A stretch of DNA of 61,263 nucleotides, counting the filler, from Pirum gemmata (Eukaryota), in assembly GCA_002812295.1 (NCBI GenBank). It is 14 parts of 14 records of this genome, joined end to end, with 100 filler letters (N's around TTAATTAATTAA, not from the genome) between each part and the next. Parts side by side here need not be neighbours in the genome. Positions count along the whole stretch, not along the records: positions 1 to 4,091 come from PDIN01001524.1; positions 4,192 to 8,284 come from PDIN01001525.1; positions 8,385 to 12,413 come from PDIN01001526.1; 11 more parts are not named here. One strand, given 5' to 3'. Position 1 is the first letter of the stretch. Each line of letters opens with the position of its first letter. Under the pieces are notes generated by a model. The model ran no database searches. It had not been told where the DNA came from and worked only from the letters and a program-made list of their open reading frames with translations. Both the position numbers and the translations under genes were made by a program. Positions 1 to 12,120 of this stretch are shown here, in pieces.

Positions 1-149
1 TAATAATAATAATAATATGATAATATGAAAGCAATGAAAACACTGGAAAGCAAAAGAAAAAATCCACTTTTAAATTTACAGATTTAAAATTAATTAAAAT
101 TATATAGTCTATACTAGAACAAAACAAAGTAAACTTGACAAAAACAAAA

Positions 150-2093
150 ATGACAGCACTACGTACTATTTTCTCTTCTCTTGCTTTATCTCATGTAGTC
201 AGAAGTACACCTCTAAATATACCTGCATCGTCTTCTACTTCAGGTTTTTTGAATAAATTATAAGTTTTAATAATTTTAATATTATAATTGTTTTAAAGTT
301 GTTACTGTCAAATTGATAATTATTAATGATAGTATTAATGCAGAATATTGTATTGTATTGTATTGTATTGTATTGTATTGTATTGTATTGTATTGTATTG
401 TATTGTATTGTATTGTATTGTATTGTATTATATTGTATTGTATTGTATTNNNNNNNNNNNNNNNNNNNNNNNNNNNNNNNNNNNNNNNNNTATTGTATTG
501 TATTGTATTGTATTGTATTATATTGTATTGTATTGTATTAATATTGTATTGTATTGTATTGTATTGTATTGTATTGTATTGTATTGTATTGTATTGTATT
601 GTATTGTATTAATATTGTATTGTATTGTATTGTATTGTATTAATATTGTATTAATATTGTATTGTATTGTATTAATATTGTATTAATATTGTATTGGTTT
701 GTATTAATATTGTATTGGTTTGTATTAATATTGTATTGTATTGTGTTGTGTTGTATTGTATTGCGTTGTGTTGTGTTGTGTTGTGTTGTAATTTATTAAA
801 TATTGAATTAAATATTGTATTGTATTAATATTACATTGTGTTATTGTGTTGTACTGTATTAATTATAGCATTGTATTAATGTTGTATTGTATAATAATTT
901 CGAAAAACATAATATTTTAGCCAAAGTACAGGGGAGTTCGTACGATGAATGTTATATAACGGACACTCAAGATTGTAATTTGACATACTTAAGACAAAAC
1001 CAAAGTCCTGGGAAAACATTTTGGGTGGTCTATCCTGGAGGTATTTTTGATTTAACTTACTTCTGTTTCATTTTTCATTGCTATTACTAACATCAGTATT
1101 TACTTTTTAAAGTAAATTTCATTTTGATATTAATATCTTTATTAAAAAAAGATTATTAAATTTTTTATTTGTGTTTTTATTGTTGTTTACAAACGTTATT
1201 AATTTTTTTTTACTTATTTAGTTATTTAGTAACTTAGTTATTTAGTTATGGATAATTAGTTAATTAGTTATTAGTTTGTTATCATTTCGTTATTAGTTCG
1301 TTGTTGGTTTGTTGTTATTTATTTTATTTCATTAATTTAGTCGTTTAGATATTTCGCTTATTTCGTTTATTTTTAATTAGTTAATTAGTTAACTACTTTA
1401 TTGTTCTTATTATACATTATTATTATTATTATTATTAATGATTCGAGATTTCTTTATTGAAGGTAAAGTCGTTTCAGTTTATTATCTTATTATCTTATTA
1501 TTAAATTTTAGTTAATATATATCGGTACTTTTTCAGATATTTTCTCATAATACAATACACAGTAATAACTACCAAATTGATGCTATATCGAATGTATTTG
1601 ATACAATATAATCAACTTGTTATGTTTAATAATTTCTGTTTATATTTAAAATAACCACATTTATAAACTTAAAGGTATAATACCAAATAAATAATCAAAG
1701 TGATAAAATAAATGAAAAGCAGGATATTTACTAACATTTTAAAATTAAAATTCAATTATTAAACAATTTAACAATAGGAAATACTCAATGCATTGATGGT
1801 TCAACATACAAATTTCAAGTCTTTCCGGGGAAAACAGATACAGTCCATTACTATCAGCAAGGTGGAGGATTATGTTTTGATTATAATTCTTGTTGGATAG
1901 AAAAAACAGAAGTAAAAGATATCTATTTTCAAGAAAGTGGTGTTTTCAATTACACTAACAATGAAAATTTCATTTCTAACGCTGGGCTTACTACTGTTGT
2001 CGAAAATTATTGTACTGGTGACCTTCACCTTGGAGATACAGTTAAAGAAATGAAAGCGCCAGATGGGTCATCAAAAATAGTGAGTTTCTTAAA

Positions 2094-2133
<40 letters not shown>

Positions 2134-2769
2134 TATTTAATCCTACTAAAAGCTTTCTATCCTGTTTATGTATGTCTTTATTTATTTTGTATTTCTTCTA
2201 TTATTATTATTATTATTAATATATTTAATCCTACTATAAGCTCTCTATCCTGTTTATGTTGTTAATGTCTTTATGTATTTTGTATTTCTTCTTCATGGCA
2301 CGGATTAGGCCTATTTTAATGGTTGGAACAATGGGAAAGCTGTTAGAAAATGGTTTGAACAAAACTCGAAATCATTCAATGCAAAATCAGTTTCTGATTT
2401 AAAAATCGAACTTTTATCTGGTGCTTCCGCTGGTGGTATGGCTGTACAAGCTTATATGATTTTTTTCGCAGAACGATATGGCGTTCGCAAAATTATAATT
2501 GATAGTTTTATTGGTTTTATGCCGAAACATGCTGGAAAAATCTTGCCTGAAATGGGTATTTGTCAAGGAATGGAGTATCTCGGACAACTTCCAGCCTACA
2601 TGAGTATGGATATTTAATTTATTTACTATATCTGTATTGTTATTGTTATATATTATATTGTAAATGCATAATTATTGTATAATTATTGTATTAGTTGTTT
2701 TCTATTTATTTACTTATTATTATTATTATCACTATTGTATTATATATCCGTTTTCTTTCCATTTACTCA

Positions 2770-2811
<42 letters not shown>

Positions 2812-4027
2812 ATTATTATTATTATTATTATTATTATTACTCGATGCTATGCTCATTTTGTTCATCACATAATAATAATAATAATAATATTTTTTATCCG
2901 TGAATACAGTAAAGCAATGCAATAATGGTACTCTTCATGATATAAGTGAAATTGCTGATTACAACATGGAGCAATATGGAAATGCCAAATTCGCTTACGT
3001 CGGGTCTACACAAGACAAGGTCAATATTATAATATCATTATTTTTCATAATCATCATTATCATTATTAACAACATTATTCACATTTTCATTTTCATTTTC
3101 ATTATCTTTATTTTTAACACCACTTATATCTATTTACAATACCTAAATGTCGAATACTAAATTGATAATAATAGCAATAAGAATAAATATGTTATTAAAT
3201 TAACATTAGCTATAGCACTTTACTAATAATATTAATACTAATAATATCACTACCATTAATAATGCGTGTGCAGATTCAGATGGAATTTTATGCCTTAACT
3301 GCAACAGATCAGAAAATAGCTATGGTATGTTTCTCAATTTCTTACTTTTGTTATTTTATTATAATAAAAGAGTAGACTATTTATTATTATTAATATTATT
3401 AATATTATAATTATTATTTAATATAATTATGTAATTTGATTTTTAGCATACCCATAAAACTGTTTTAAATTTGTAAGAAAAAACCACCTGGTTTGCAATT
3501 GATTATTTTATTTATTTATTTATTCATTTAGTTAGTTAGCTAGCCAGTTAGTTATTTGTTAAAAAAAAATGTTATCATTACCCTTCTTACCCTTATCCTT
3601 ATTGTACCGTTATTATTGTCATTGCGAACATTTAGCTTATCATACATTAATTGCTTAATTTGATTATATGTAATACTAATAGTAATAGTTGTAATAATAA
3701 TAATAATAGTATTAATAAGAGTAGTGGTATTAATAATGTATTAATAATAGTAATAGTAGTGTAATAGAATAGCTAATAACGAATAGTAATAGTATATTAA
3801 CCATTAACCAACATTGCTACAATGAATAGGTTTACGCTATGACGCACTTTGAACCATTTTTGAAAGCTACGTTGGATAAGTACCACAACAAGGATAGTCA
3901 CTACACTTCTTATCTAAACAAAAACACAGAACACGAATACTTGGCACAAAGTTATTTGTACAACACCAATAACAAAATATACTCTGAAACTATGGTTGAA
4001 TATCTAAAAAAGTTTTTGTTTGAATAA
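150..4027 (+). CDS. Secreted pectinacetylesterase/Notum-family (alpha/beta hydrolase) esterase, 7 exons: 150-243, 921-1040, 1778-2079, 2309-2603, 2910-3019, 3274-3324, 3830-4027
   Basis: Hand-spliced at GT-AG junctions with consistent phases into one open frame. Signal-like N-terminus MTALRTIFSSLALSHVVRS. Family motifs CIDGSTYKF, YYQQGGGLCFDYNSC, NYCTGDLHLGD, NGWNN and nucleophile elbow LSGASAGG. Candidate Asp (STQD) and His (EHEY) complete a triad. TAA at 4025-4027. Confidence 0.88.
345..790. repeat. (TATTG)n pentamer microsatellite in intron 1 of the esterase gene, with an assembly gap
   Basis: Directly visible. It explains the spurious YCIVL ORFs. Confidence 0.95.
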
Positions 4028-4091
4028 TATCGTAATTTATAAAAAAAAATCGGAAGGAGGGTGAGAGGCACTAGCTAGGCGTATTTGGGGA

Positions 4092-4191
4092 NNNNNNNNN
4101 NNNNNNNNNNNNNNNNNNNNNNNNNNNNNNNNNNNTTAATTAATTAANNNNNNNNNNNNNNNNNNNNNNNNNNNNNNNNNNNNNNNNNNNN
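4092..4191. other. Artificial contig-joining linker (N44-TTAATTAATTAA-N44), first of 13
   Basis: Same ~100-nt linker with stops in all six frames at 4092, 8285, 12414, 16586, 20770, 24934, 30018, 34227, 38388, 42398, 46568, 50771 and 54975. Confidence 0.98.
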
Positions 4192-4375
4192 ATTATTATT
4201 ATTATATTTGTTACAAATTGCGTAGTTGGAAAAGTAATGAAAACGATACAGAATTAAAAGGCCTGGATTTTTCACTGGCTTTTTTCAAAAAAGGCAATTG
4301 ACAAAGGTAAAAACTTTCATAATAATAAAAAGATAAAAAAACCCATATTTTAATTATTATATATAAAGATAATAA

Positions 4376-5347
4376 GCTCAATATATTATATGTATAATTA
4401 ATCAATTTTTTTTATTAATCATTACTTTATGTAAATTGATCATGAATATGATTTTTGTATGATACGATATAAAAGACTAAAAAGAATAATATTATAATTA
4501 TGAAAAGGTCTTTTTTTTAATTTTTTTTTTTTCATGATATGATATAATGCTAGTGATAATAATAATAAGTAATAAAAAGAAAATAAGCTCAATATATTAT
4601 ATGTATAATTAATGATTTTTTTTTATTAATCATTACTATATGTAAATTGATCATGAATATAATTTTTGTATGATACGACATAAGAGACTAAAAAGAGTAA
4701 ATATTATATAAAAAGGCCTTTTTTTTCATTATAAATAATAGCATCTATGTGATAAATATAACGGTAAAGTTTCTAATAAAAAGAATAATAAATGTAAAAA
4801 TCAATATTACTAATAGCTATAGTACCAGTGAATATTAAAATATGTAGAATGTAATATAAATATGATAAATAAAAAATTATGCTGAACCAGGAACACCCCA
4901 ATACAAACTAGCATCCACACCAGCGATTCTCAAGATAGCATAAAAGCAACCACGCTCAATGATATTAATATAGATTAAATGTATAATTAATGAATGTTTT
5001 TTATTAATCATTACTATTTGTAAACTGGTCATGAATTTAATTTTTGTATGATACGATATAAGACTAAAAAGGATATACGTAATATTATATGAAAAGGCCT
5101 TTTTTTTTTCTTTTTTCTTTTTCATATAAATAATAATGCTATGTGATAAATATAATGGTAAAGTTTCTAATAAAAAGGATAATAAATGTAAAAATTAATA
5201 TTACTAATAGTTATAGTACCAGTGAATATTAAAATATGTAGAATGTAATATAAATATGATAAATAAAAAATTATGCTGAACCAGGAACACCCCAATACAA
5301 ACTAGCATCCACACCAGCGATTCTCAAGATAGCATAAAAGCAACCAC
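4376..5347 (-). repeat. Tandem duplications of the OPT gene 3' end and 3' flank (units start at 4376, 4587, 4954)
   Basis: 4877-4953 is identical to 5271-5347 (last ~25 codons plus stop). Each unit begins GCTCAAT on the + strand. Confidence 0.92.
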
Positions 5348-7799
5348 CCACTGCACCACCACAAACTAATCCAGACCCAACTTGAATTTTCAAGTTATGT
5401 TCATCGGTAGGGTTAACAAGTTTCCATAAGAATTTAATGATACCTCCCATTAAGGTAGCAATCGCATATTTAGGAGGGATGATAAATGGAATAAGTAGTA
5501 CAGAGTAAAGCGGGAAGAAGGATCCGAATTTCTTGTAGTATTCTGGGTATTTCCTTTTGCACAAAAATTTCAAACCATTAGTAATAACCGCAAAAATTGA
5601 CATACCAATAGAGATGTATAAACCACTTTGGGTGATATTATCATCTGCAGTATGTCCTATACTAAAACCTTCTACCACTGCTTTAGCAAGAGCATACCAG
5701 GACTTGGTAGATGGAACGGTGAACGGGCAACTGGCAGGTACTCCTCCCTTACCAGCATCGTATTCTACAATACATGGGAAACCAGCTGTGAAAATGAAGA
5801 AACCAGTCATAGTGAAAATAAAACCAAATATGTTACCAACACAATTGGCAGCAAACTGAGAGTGAGGTGAAGCACCAACGACAAAACCTGTCTTGTAAGA
5901 ACTTGTAATGTCTCCCAATTGACTCATGGTTTGACCAATCATGTTACCACAGAACAGTACTTGCGCAACACTACCACCCATTAAACCAATAGTAATAACC
6001 ACAGTCTTACCCATCAAACTAACTAATCCCCAATTGGTTGTACCCAAAATTTGCAAATACACAATACCCAAGAAGAAACTAAAGATAAAGGTGACTAAAA
6101 CATAATACCAAGTTACTTTAAATTTGACAATCATAACAATAAAGGAAATGATCAAGAAGATTAAAAGACCTCCAGCCCAAGTAATGAAGGGAGTTTTTTC
6201 ACCAGAACGATCTACATTCTCTGAAGGCCCAGGGGTGAAGGTAAATTTAAGGTCTTTAGCCATTTGGCTAGGGGACAAGTTACGTTTGCATTTTTGAAAG
6301 AAGGTCAATTCAGGCTTTTTAAATTCCATTTCTACACTTTCCGTTTCACTTTCCTCAGCTTTGTCCCTGATACCAAACAGACCTTTGAAGGATCTCCATT
6401 CATAAATCACATCACTCAACGCAGATACTAAAACCACAAAAACAGCAGGCCACAACAAAGTTTTGCTGAAAATGTAATTGTAACCCTCGCCATAGGAGTA
6501 GCCGTCAGGATATTCATGGAAGGCCATGCAGATTGGACCAATGATAGCATGAGATAACACTGCACCACCAAAGAACCACAAGTTAACGCGTTGAGGAACG
6601 ATGAAGGAAGTACCCAGCATCACCGGGTCAAAAGCTAAAGCCCAACCCCAAATAGACGCAAGAGCCCAATATCTGTAAATAGTAACTCCTTCCGGCACAG
6701 GCTCACTTAAACATTTATCCGGATCAAGCGAACCACAGTTAGACAAGTTCGCAAAAATTGGCCATGTAAATAGTACAGGGATGAAACTATCAACGATGAC
6801 AGCTAAAAATCCAATTACTGAGAACGCAGCAATGAATTTTGCTTGTCTTTTTCCTAATGCAATAGAAGCCTGGTCTCTACCTTTTTTGTATAAAGTTTTA
6901 ATTAAAGCGGCAGCAGCGAAACCATCTGGAAAAGTTAATTTTTGTATTTCGATAAACAATTTACGGAAAGGTACACCCATGAACACCCCAAAAGACACTG
7001 CAGAAAATACCAATAATAAGACATTAGCAACATTGTCGGTAGCACTTCCATAAAACGAGCCTTCTTTTTGTTCATCAGTCAAGTCAGGGTCTTGCGATAT
7101 CCAAAACAAACCAATTACCGCAGATGTTAAACCCCCATTCAAACCACCAGCCGAAGTTGCAGCCGATTGAAAACAAGTGTGTTCTTTTGGGCCGAACACT
7201 TTAAAAGTATCATTCCATTTGTTCAACATTCCTAGAACAGGTTTCATAACAATACCACCCATCATTACTGCGAAAAGACTTGCTCCTTGGGTAATACCTA
7301 CTTTCAAACCCAAGTAGATGTTGGATAAACCAATCAAACCACCTACCAAAGAACCGAAAAAGGCTGCTCTCCATGTAAAATCACAATCGTTCGGAAGCCA
7401 CTCATATTCAAAATCTTCTTCATCTTGCGCGTTGATTTCTTTCAGTTCTTCATCCTCAAAATCAATGCCATCAGCAGATGATTTAATGCCATGTGTTTTC
7501 TTTAAATCAGTAGTTAGAACATTTACTCCTAAATCTTGTTCAGGGTCTTCTTTTTTGTCTATATTATATTTATATAAATATTAAAATAATATAATATTGT
7601 TATTATAAATCAACAATTAATTATTTAAAAACGTGTGTTGTATATACTGAATACATTTTTTTGAAAATAATATTTTCTATGAACGTAGGCAAAATTTTAC
7701 AGATCACTTACCATATGATAGAGGGTTATTATTGGAAGATTCCAAATGTATATTGTTATCACTATCACTGCCATAGTCAGGCAAAGAGTTTGGGGCCAT
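5271..7799 (-). CDS. OPT-family transporter, YSL-like clade, 2 exons: 7799-7712 and 7558-5271 (~791 aa)
   Basis: ATG at 7799, GTAAGT donor and TAG acceptor in matching phase. OPT motifs FTWRAAFFGSLVGGLIGLSNIYLGLKVG, FGPKEHTCFQSAATS, LTFPDGFAAAALIKTL and YKTGFVVGASPHSQF. Many hydrophobic helices. Confidence 0.93.
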
Positions 7800-8166
7800 A
7801 GTGAATTTTATGGTTTTATTTTGAGGTAAACTTTAAAAACAAAACAAAAAAACAAAAAAAAATAATAATAGAATAAATAAACACAAAAGAAACAAATTTG
7901 GTAAATTTTTCGTGTAAATTATATATGCTTTTGCTTTTTAAAAAAATTACTTTCACACAAACAATGTTTTGTCTTCTTTTTTTTTTTTTGTCTATTTTAT
8001 TTTTTATTTTTGTGAAAACATCAATCCACTCGCCTTTTATACATTTCAACCCCCACTATCATAGCTACTATGATATATCAGATGATAGTAGTATGATATC
8101 GATAGTAGTAACTAGCTACTAGCTAGACCCTAGCTAGCTAGTAGAGGGTCCCAGCAAGAATGATTC

Positions 8167-8264
<98 letters not shown>

Positions 8265-8384
8265 AATGAAAAAAAAAAAAAAACNNNNNNNNNNNNNNNN
8301 NNNNNNNNNNNNNNNNNNNNNNNNNNNNTTAATTAATTAANNNNNNNNNNNNNNNNNNNNNNNNNNNNNNNNNNNNNNNNNNNN

Positions 8385-8822
8385 GTAACCGTAACCGTAA
8401 CCGTAACCGTAACCGTACCCATACCCGTACCCGTACCCATACCCATACCTAACCGTAGCCGTAGCCGTAGCCGTAGCCGTTGCCGTAGCCGGTAGCCGTA
8501 GCCGTAGCCGTAGCCGTACCTGCTGTACCTGTACCCGTACCCGTACCCGTACCCGTACCCGTACCGTACTCGTACCCGTACCCGTACCCGTACCCGTAAC
8601 ATAACCGTATCCGTAGTAGTAACCATAGCCATAATTGTAACTGTAACTGTAACCATAATTGTAACTGTAACTGTAACTGTAACTGTAACTGTAACGGTAA
8701 CGGTAACGGTATCTCTTACCCTCACCTTCACAATAACCTTCACGCTAACCCTAACCCTAACATTAACCCTAACCCTCACGCTCACGCTAATCCTAACCCT
8801 AACCCTTACGCATAACCCTAAC
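8385..8822. repeat. Hexamer array drifting between GTAACC, GTACCC, GTAGCC, GTAACT, GTAACG and telomeric CTAACC, probably intronic
   Basis: 6-bp periodicity is mostly retained while the unit changes in blocks. The array ends ~35 nt before a sugar-porter acceptor site. Confidence 0.9.
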
Positions 8823-8859
8823 AACCTTCTTGTGTTTTATTTTCACATTAATTTTTTAG

Positions 8860-10418
8860 GGGAATCGGAATGTTTATTTCTACTCTGTTGGTATCTTTAG
8901 CCACTTCGCCAATTTTCGATTATAAGAACAGCGATACAATTGGTATTCCCCCCCCCCCTCACACACACCCAACACACACATACATACACATAATAATAAA
9001 TGAATAAATAGCGATATGCCAAATGTCTGTGTACTAATGTATACTATTAAAACCGTTAAATGAATTTCTAATATAAACAGGAATTTTTATTGTAATGTGT
9101 TGTGCTAGTTATGTGTTCTTTTTCGCTTACAGTTGGGGGTAATCCATATTATTATTTATTATTATTTATTATTATTATTACTATTAGCATTATGGTTAGG
9201 TTTAGTATATCATTGTGATTGTGTGATTGTGTGATTGTGATTTCGATTTAAAATGGTGAATGTGTAGCTGTAATTTTGATTGATAGTACGTATACTATGC
9301 AGAGCACTGGAATAAAACTTTTTCTGAAATCGAAAAAGTTTTGTCCCATTTTTGAAGGACAAATCTGAAAAAGTCCTATTTTGTTCTTATATTTGGTACT
9401 ATTGTTCTTTATTTGCTAACTACCGATAAAGTTCGAAAAAGTTCTGTTTTGTCCTAGTTTGACCCATTTTTAGGACAATTTCCAAAAAAAATCCTGTTTT
9501 CTCCCATTTTTAAAGTCCTATCCCTAACCTTAACCATAACCCTAGCGTCCTCCAACATAGTTTTGATTAAGGGTTATTGTGTAATTTAAACTTTTTACAT
9601 CACCATTCTTAATTTAATGATTGTTTTAATTTCTGTCTTTTTTTTTTCTTACTTCCCCCTTTTTTTTTTGTAATTTAATATCAACTTCGGTTAATCGAGT
9701 AGCCCTATCGCTTGGGTAATGTGCGCTGAAATATATCCACAAAGACTGAGGTTAGTGTTCATTTTTCTTTGTATTTATTATAATAATAGAATTGCTTGAA
9801 AGTATTTTTAAATAATCAAATAACTTTTAACCAAAATTTAAAATTGTAATCTGGCAGGGGAAAAGCAATGAGCTTCACAACCACAACTAATTGGATGTTT
9901 GCAACTATTGTCGGCAAACTAACACCAATTATGTACCGATCAGAAAACCTTGATTTATGGGGTACATTTTTATTTTTTGGGATGTCTTGTTCAATTATTA
10001 TATTATTTTCAAGTTACTGCCTGCCAGAAACAGGGGGAGTTTCACTGGAAAATATGGATCAGGTAACCCTACCTACCCCTAACCCTAACGCTATAGCCAC
10101 CCCTAACGCTAAAACTAACCCTTTACCCTTACCCTCAAACCAATTATAGCAAAATAGATTTAAAAAATAATATTAGCTTAATAAACACAGAAACCAATAA
10201 AACCAGTAAATTCTTTAATACAATATTTTAAGGGGTTAGTATTTAATTATTATTTATTATTTGGTATTTTGTGTAATGTTTAATGTGTTCAATTGTGGTT
10301 TCATTTTTATTCAACCTTTGGTAGGGATAACTATACTAACTTGTTTATCCATTAGGTATTTTTGCGGTTTACCCCACATTTTGGTTTTAAGGCAAAAAAG
10401 AGTACATTTGGTTTCTAA
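8860..10418 (+). CDS. MFS sugar porter (hexose transporter family), 3' part only; exons 8860-8942, 9081-9138, 9703-9750, 9858-10062, 10356-10418
   Basis: Spliced frame gives YVFFFAYSWGPIAWVMCAEIYPQRLRGKAMSFTTTTNWMF and LPETGGVSLENMD, both sugar-porter signatures. TACTAAC branch point at 10334. Upstream exons are not on this contig. Confidence 0.92.
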
Positions 10419-11001
10419 GTTCTAACCCTAATCTTAACATGATTAATAAAAAAACGGTATCTTACAATCAGACAAAACTATTTTGCAAATGTATATGTAA
10501 AAAACGAATTGTAATGAAACGGAGAGTAGAGGCAAGGAAAAAAGTGCACTTATAATTGGGTTTTAAGGTCAACCCGAACAGTCTTGAATTTGGTAACTTT
10601 TTAAGATGCTGTTAAAAGGTAATGAAATGCTGGTTACGGTCAATATATTTTTCTTTTTTTCCTCTGTGCATACTAGATATCTTCGGCCGGCTCAAGGCAG
10701 TTTCCCTGTTTTAATATATTTTATGGAAGTAGCTGGTAATTATTATTTTTACACATTAAAAAAGTGATCGAATTCAACTGCAGTGACAAAGAGGAGTTTT
10801 ACCTTGAGAACAAACTTTGCGTAGATTTGCATCCGATGTCTTTTTTAGGCTGCCATTTATAAAGGTGTGGCAAGTGTTGGTTCCATCACTCTATGATGAT
10901 GACTGTTTTTAAGAATTTTTTCTTGAACTCCTTGAAAGTACCGTAGTCTCTAAAAAAAAGCTACCATAGTCTATCATTTATAAAATAATATTAATATTAT
11001 T

Positions 11002-11111
11002 GTGCTTTTCATTTATTTTGTCACTCTAAATGTTTATTTGGTTGGTTATTGATTTTTTTAAACGAATAAATAGATAATATTAAATATGATGACAAAACAA
11101 CTGAAAAGCAC
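11002..11111. mobile_element. Internally deleted copy of MITE family B (TIR GTGCTTTTCA..TTTTGTCA)
   Basis: Inverted termini GTGCTTTTCA / TGAAAAGCAC. Internal similarity to 56010-56194. Confidence 0.75.
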
Positions 11112-11829
11112 GATATTAATACTTTATAATTTATATTATAATTTATTTATACATTAATATTAATATTAATATTATAAATAAATAAATAAATTTATCAACA
11201 ATACCAGTCAGCAGCACAACCACATGTACAATACCAGTCACAGCACAATCAGTTATGCAACAATGACCAAATACAGATAAACAAACGAACATCGAATCTA
11301 CACTTAACAAAATTAATCAAAGCAACAACAACAACCTCCAAAAGTAAAAACAAACTGGAAACAGTAACATATCAAAACAACCAAACAGAAAAATTACCAA
11401 AAAACAAAATGGCAACAGCTCCACTTCAAAACGACCGGACCGTTTAATTTTTTTTTCCCGACCGATTTTTCATTCATTTTAACCATTTTCTGCTACTATT
11501 ATTTTTTTTGCTTTTCACTCACTTTCTAGCTGTCTATCGTACTATAATGACACATATTATTATGATTCTGATAAACAATAACAATAACAATAACAATAAC
11601 AATAATAACAATAACAGTTGAATGAGGATAAGTGATTGTAATCTATCGTTTAGAAGTTTATTGTTTTTTTTTATTTTTTTATTTTTTTATTATTTTTTAT
11701 TTTTTGATTCTATAAAAATAACAAAAATAATAATAATAATAATTACCCGCCAGTGCTGATGGAGAAAATTTATAAAAAAAATAAAATAAAAAAAATAATA
11801 ATAATAATATTGATGGCGGTAAAAAAGAG

Positions 11830-12120
11830 CTATGATTAGTTTTTAGTTTTTCGATGTTTTAGAAAACTGGTTTGGCTTTTTGGTTAAATGTTTTTGATTA
11901 GTTTTTTTAGTTTTGACGAAGCATAGGATAAAAACTAATTTGGAAGGATTTTGTTGTTTTTATATTTTATTATTATAATTATAATAATATTAATATATGA
12001 TTACTTTTTAGTTTTTTGTAGAAACTTGGGAAGAAACACTAACTTAGGGTTTTTCAGATACTTAGGGATTTTAGATGTCTGTTGACCTTGTTTAGAAAAT
12101 TAATAATGATTGCATGTATT
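11830..12120 (-). mobile_element. Degenerate non-LTR retrotransposon (LINE) reverse-transcriptase remnant
   Basis: Frameshifted pieces IINFLNKV, KIPKYLKNPKLVFLPK, QISFILCFVK and SQTSFLKHRKT follow the order of LINE RT motifs IPxxWKxxxVxxIPK, RPISLL and QxGFxxxRST. Confidence 0.55.

Noticed and set aside
313..686. YCIVL-repeat ORFs, and similar poly-I/L/V/N/Q/H, NP, VC and TH ORFs elsewhere
   Set aside because: They are translations of microsatellites or telomeric arrays, often spanning N gaps or lying in introns.
4877..5125. 82-aa ORF ending like the OPT protein
   Set aside because: It is duplicated 3' end plus UTR read from a chance ATG, not an independent gene.
5557..7584. + strand ORFs overlapping the OPT gene, and antisense ORFs over the LRR, SAM and coiled-coil genes
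   Set aside because: Antisense shadows of well-supported genes with no motifs of their own.
10480..10950. Possible gag-like remnant (RDYGTFKEFKKKFLK on the - strand)
   Set aside because: One weak motif, many stops, and no zinc knuckle or LTR to support it.
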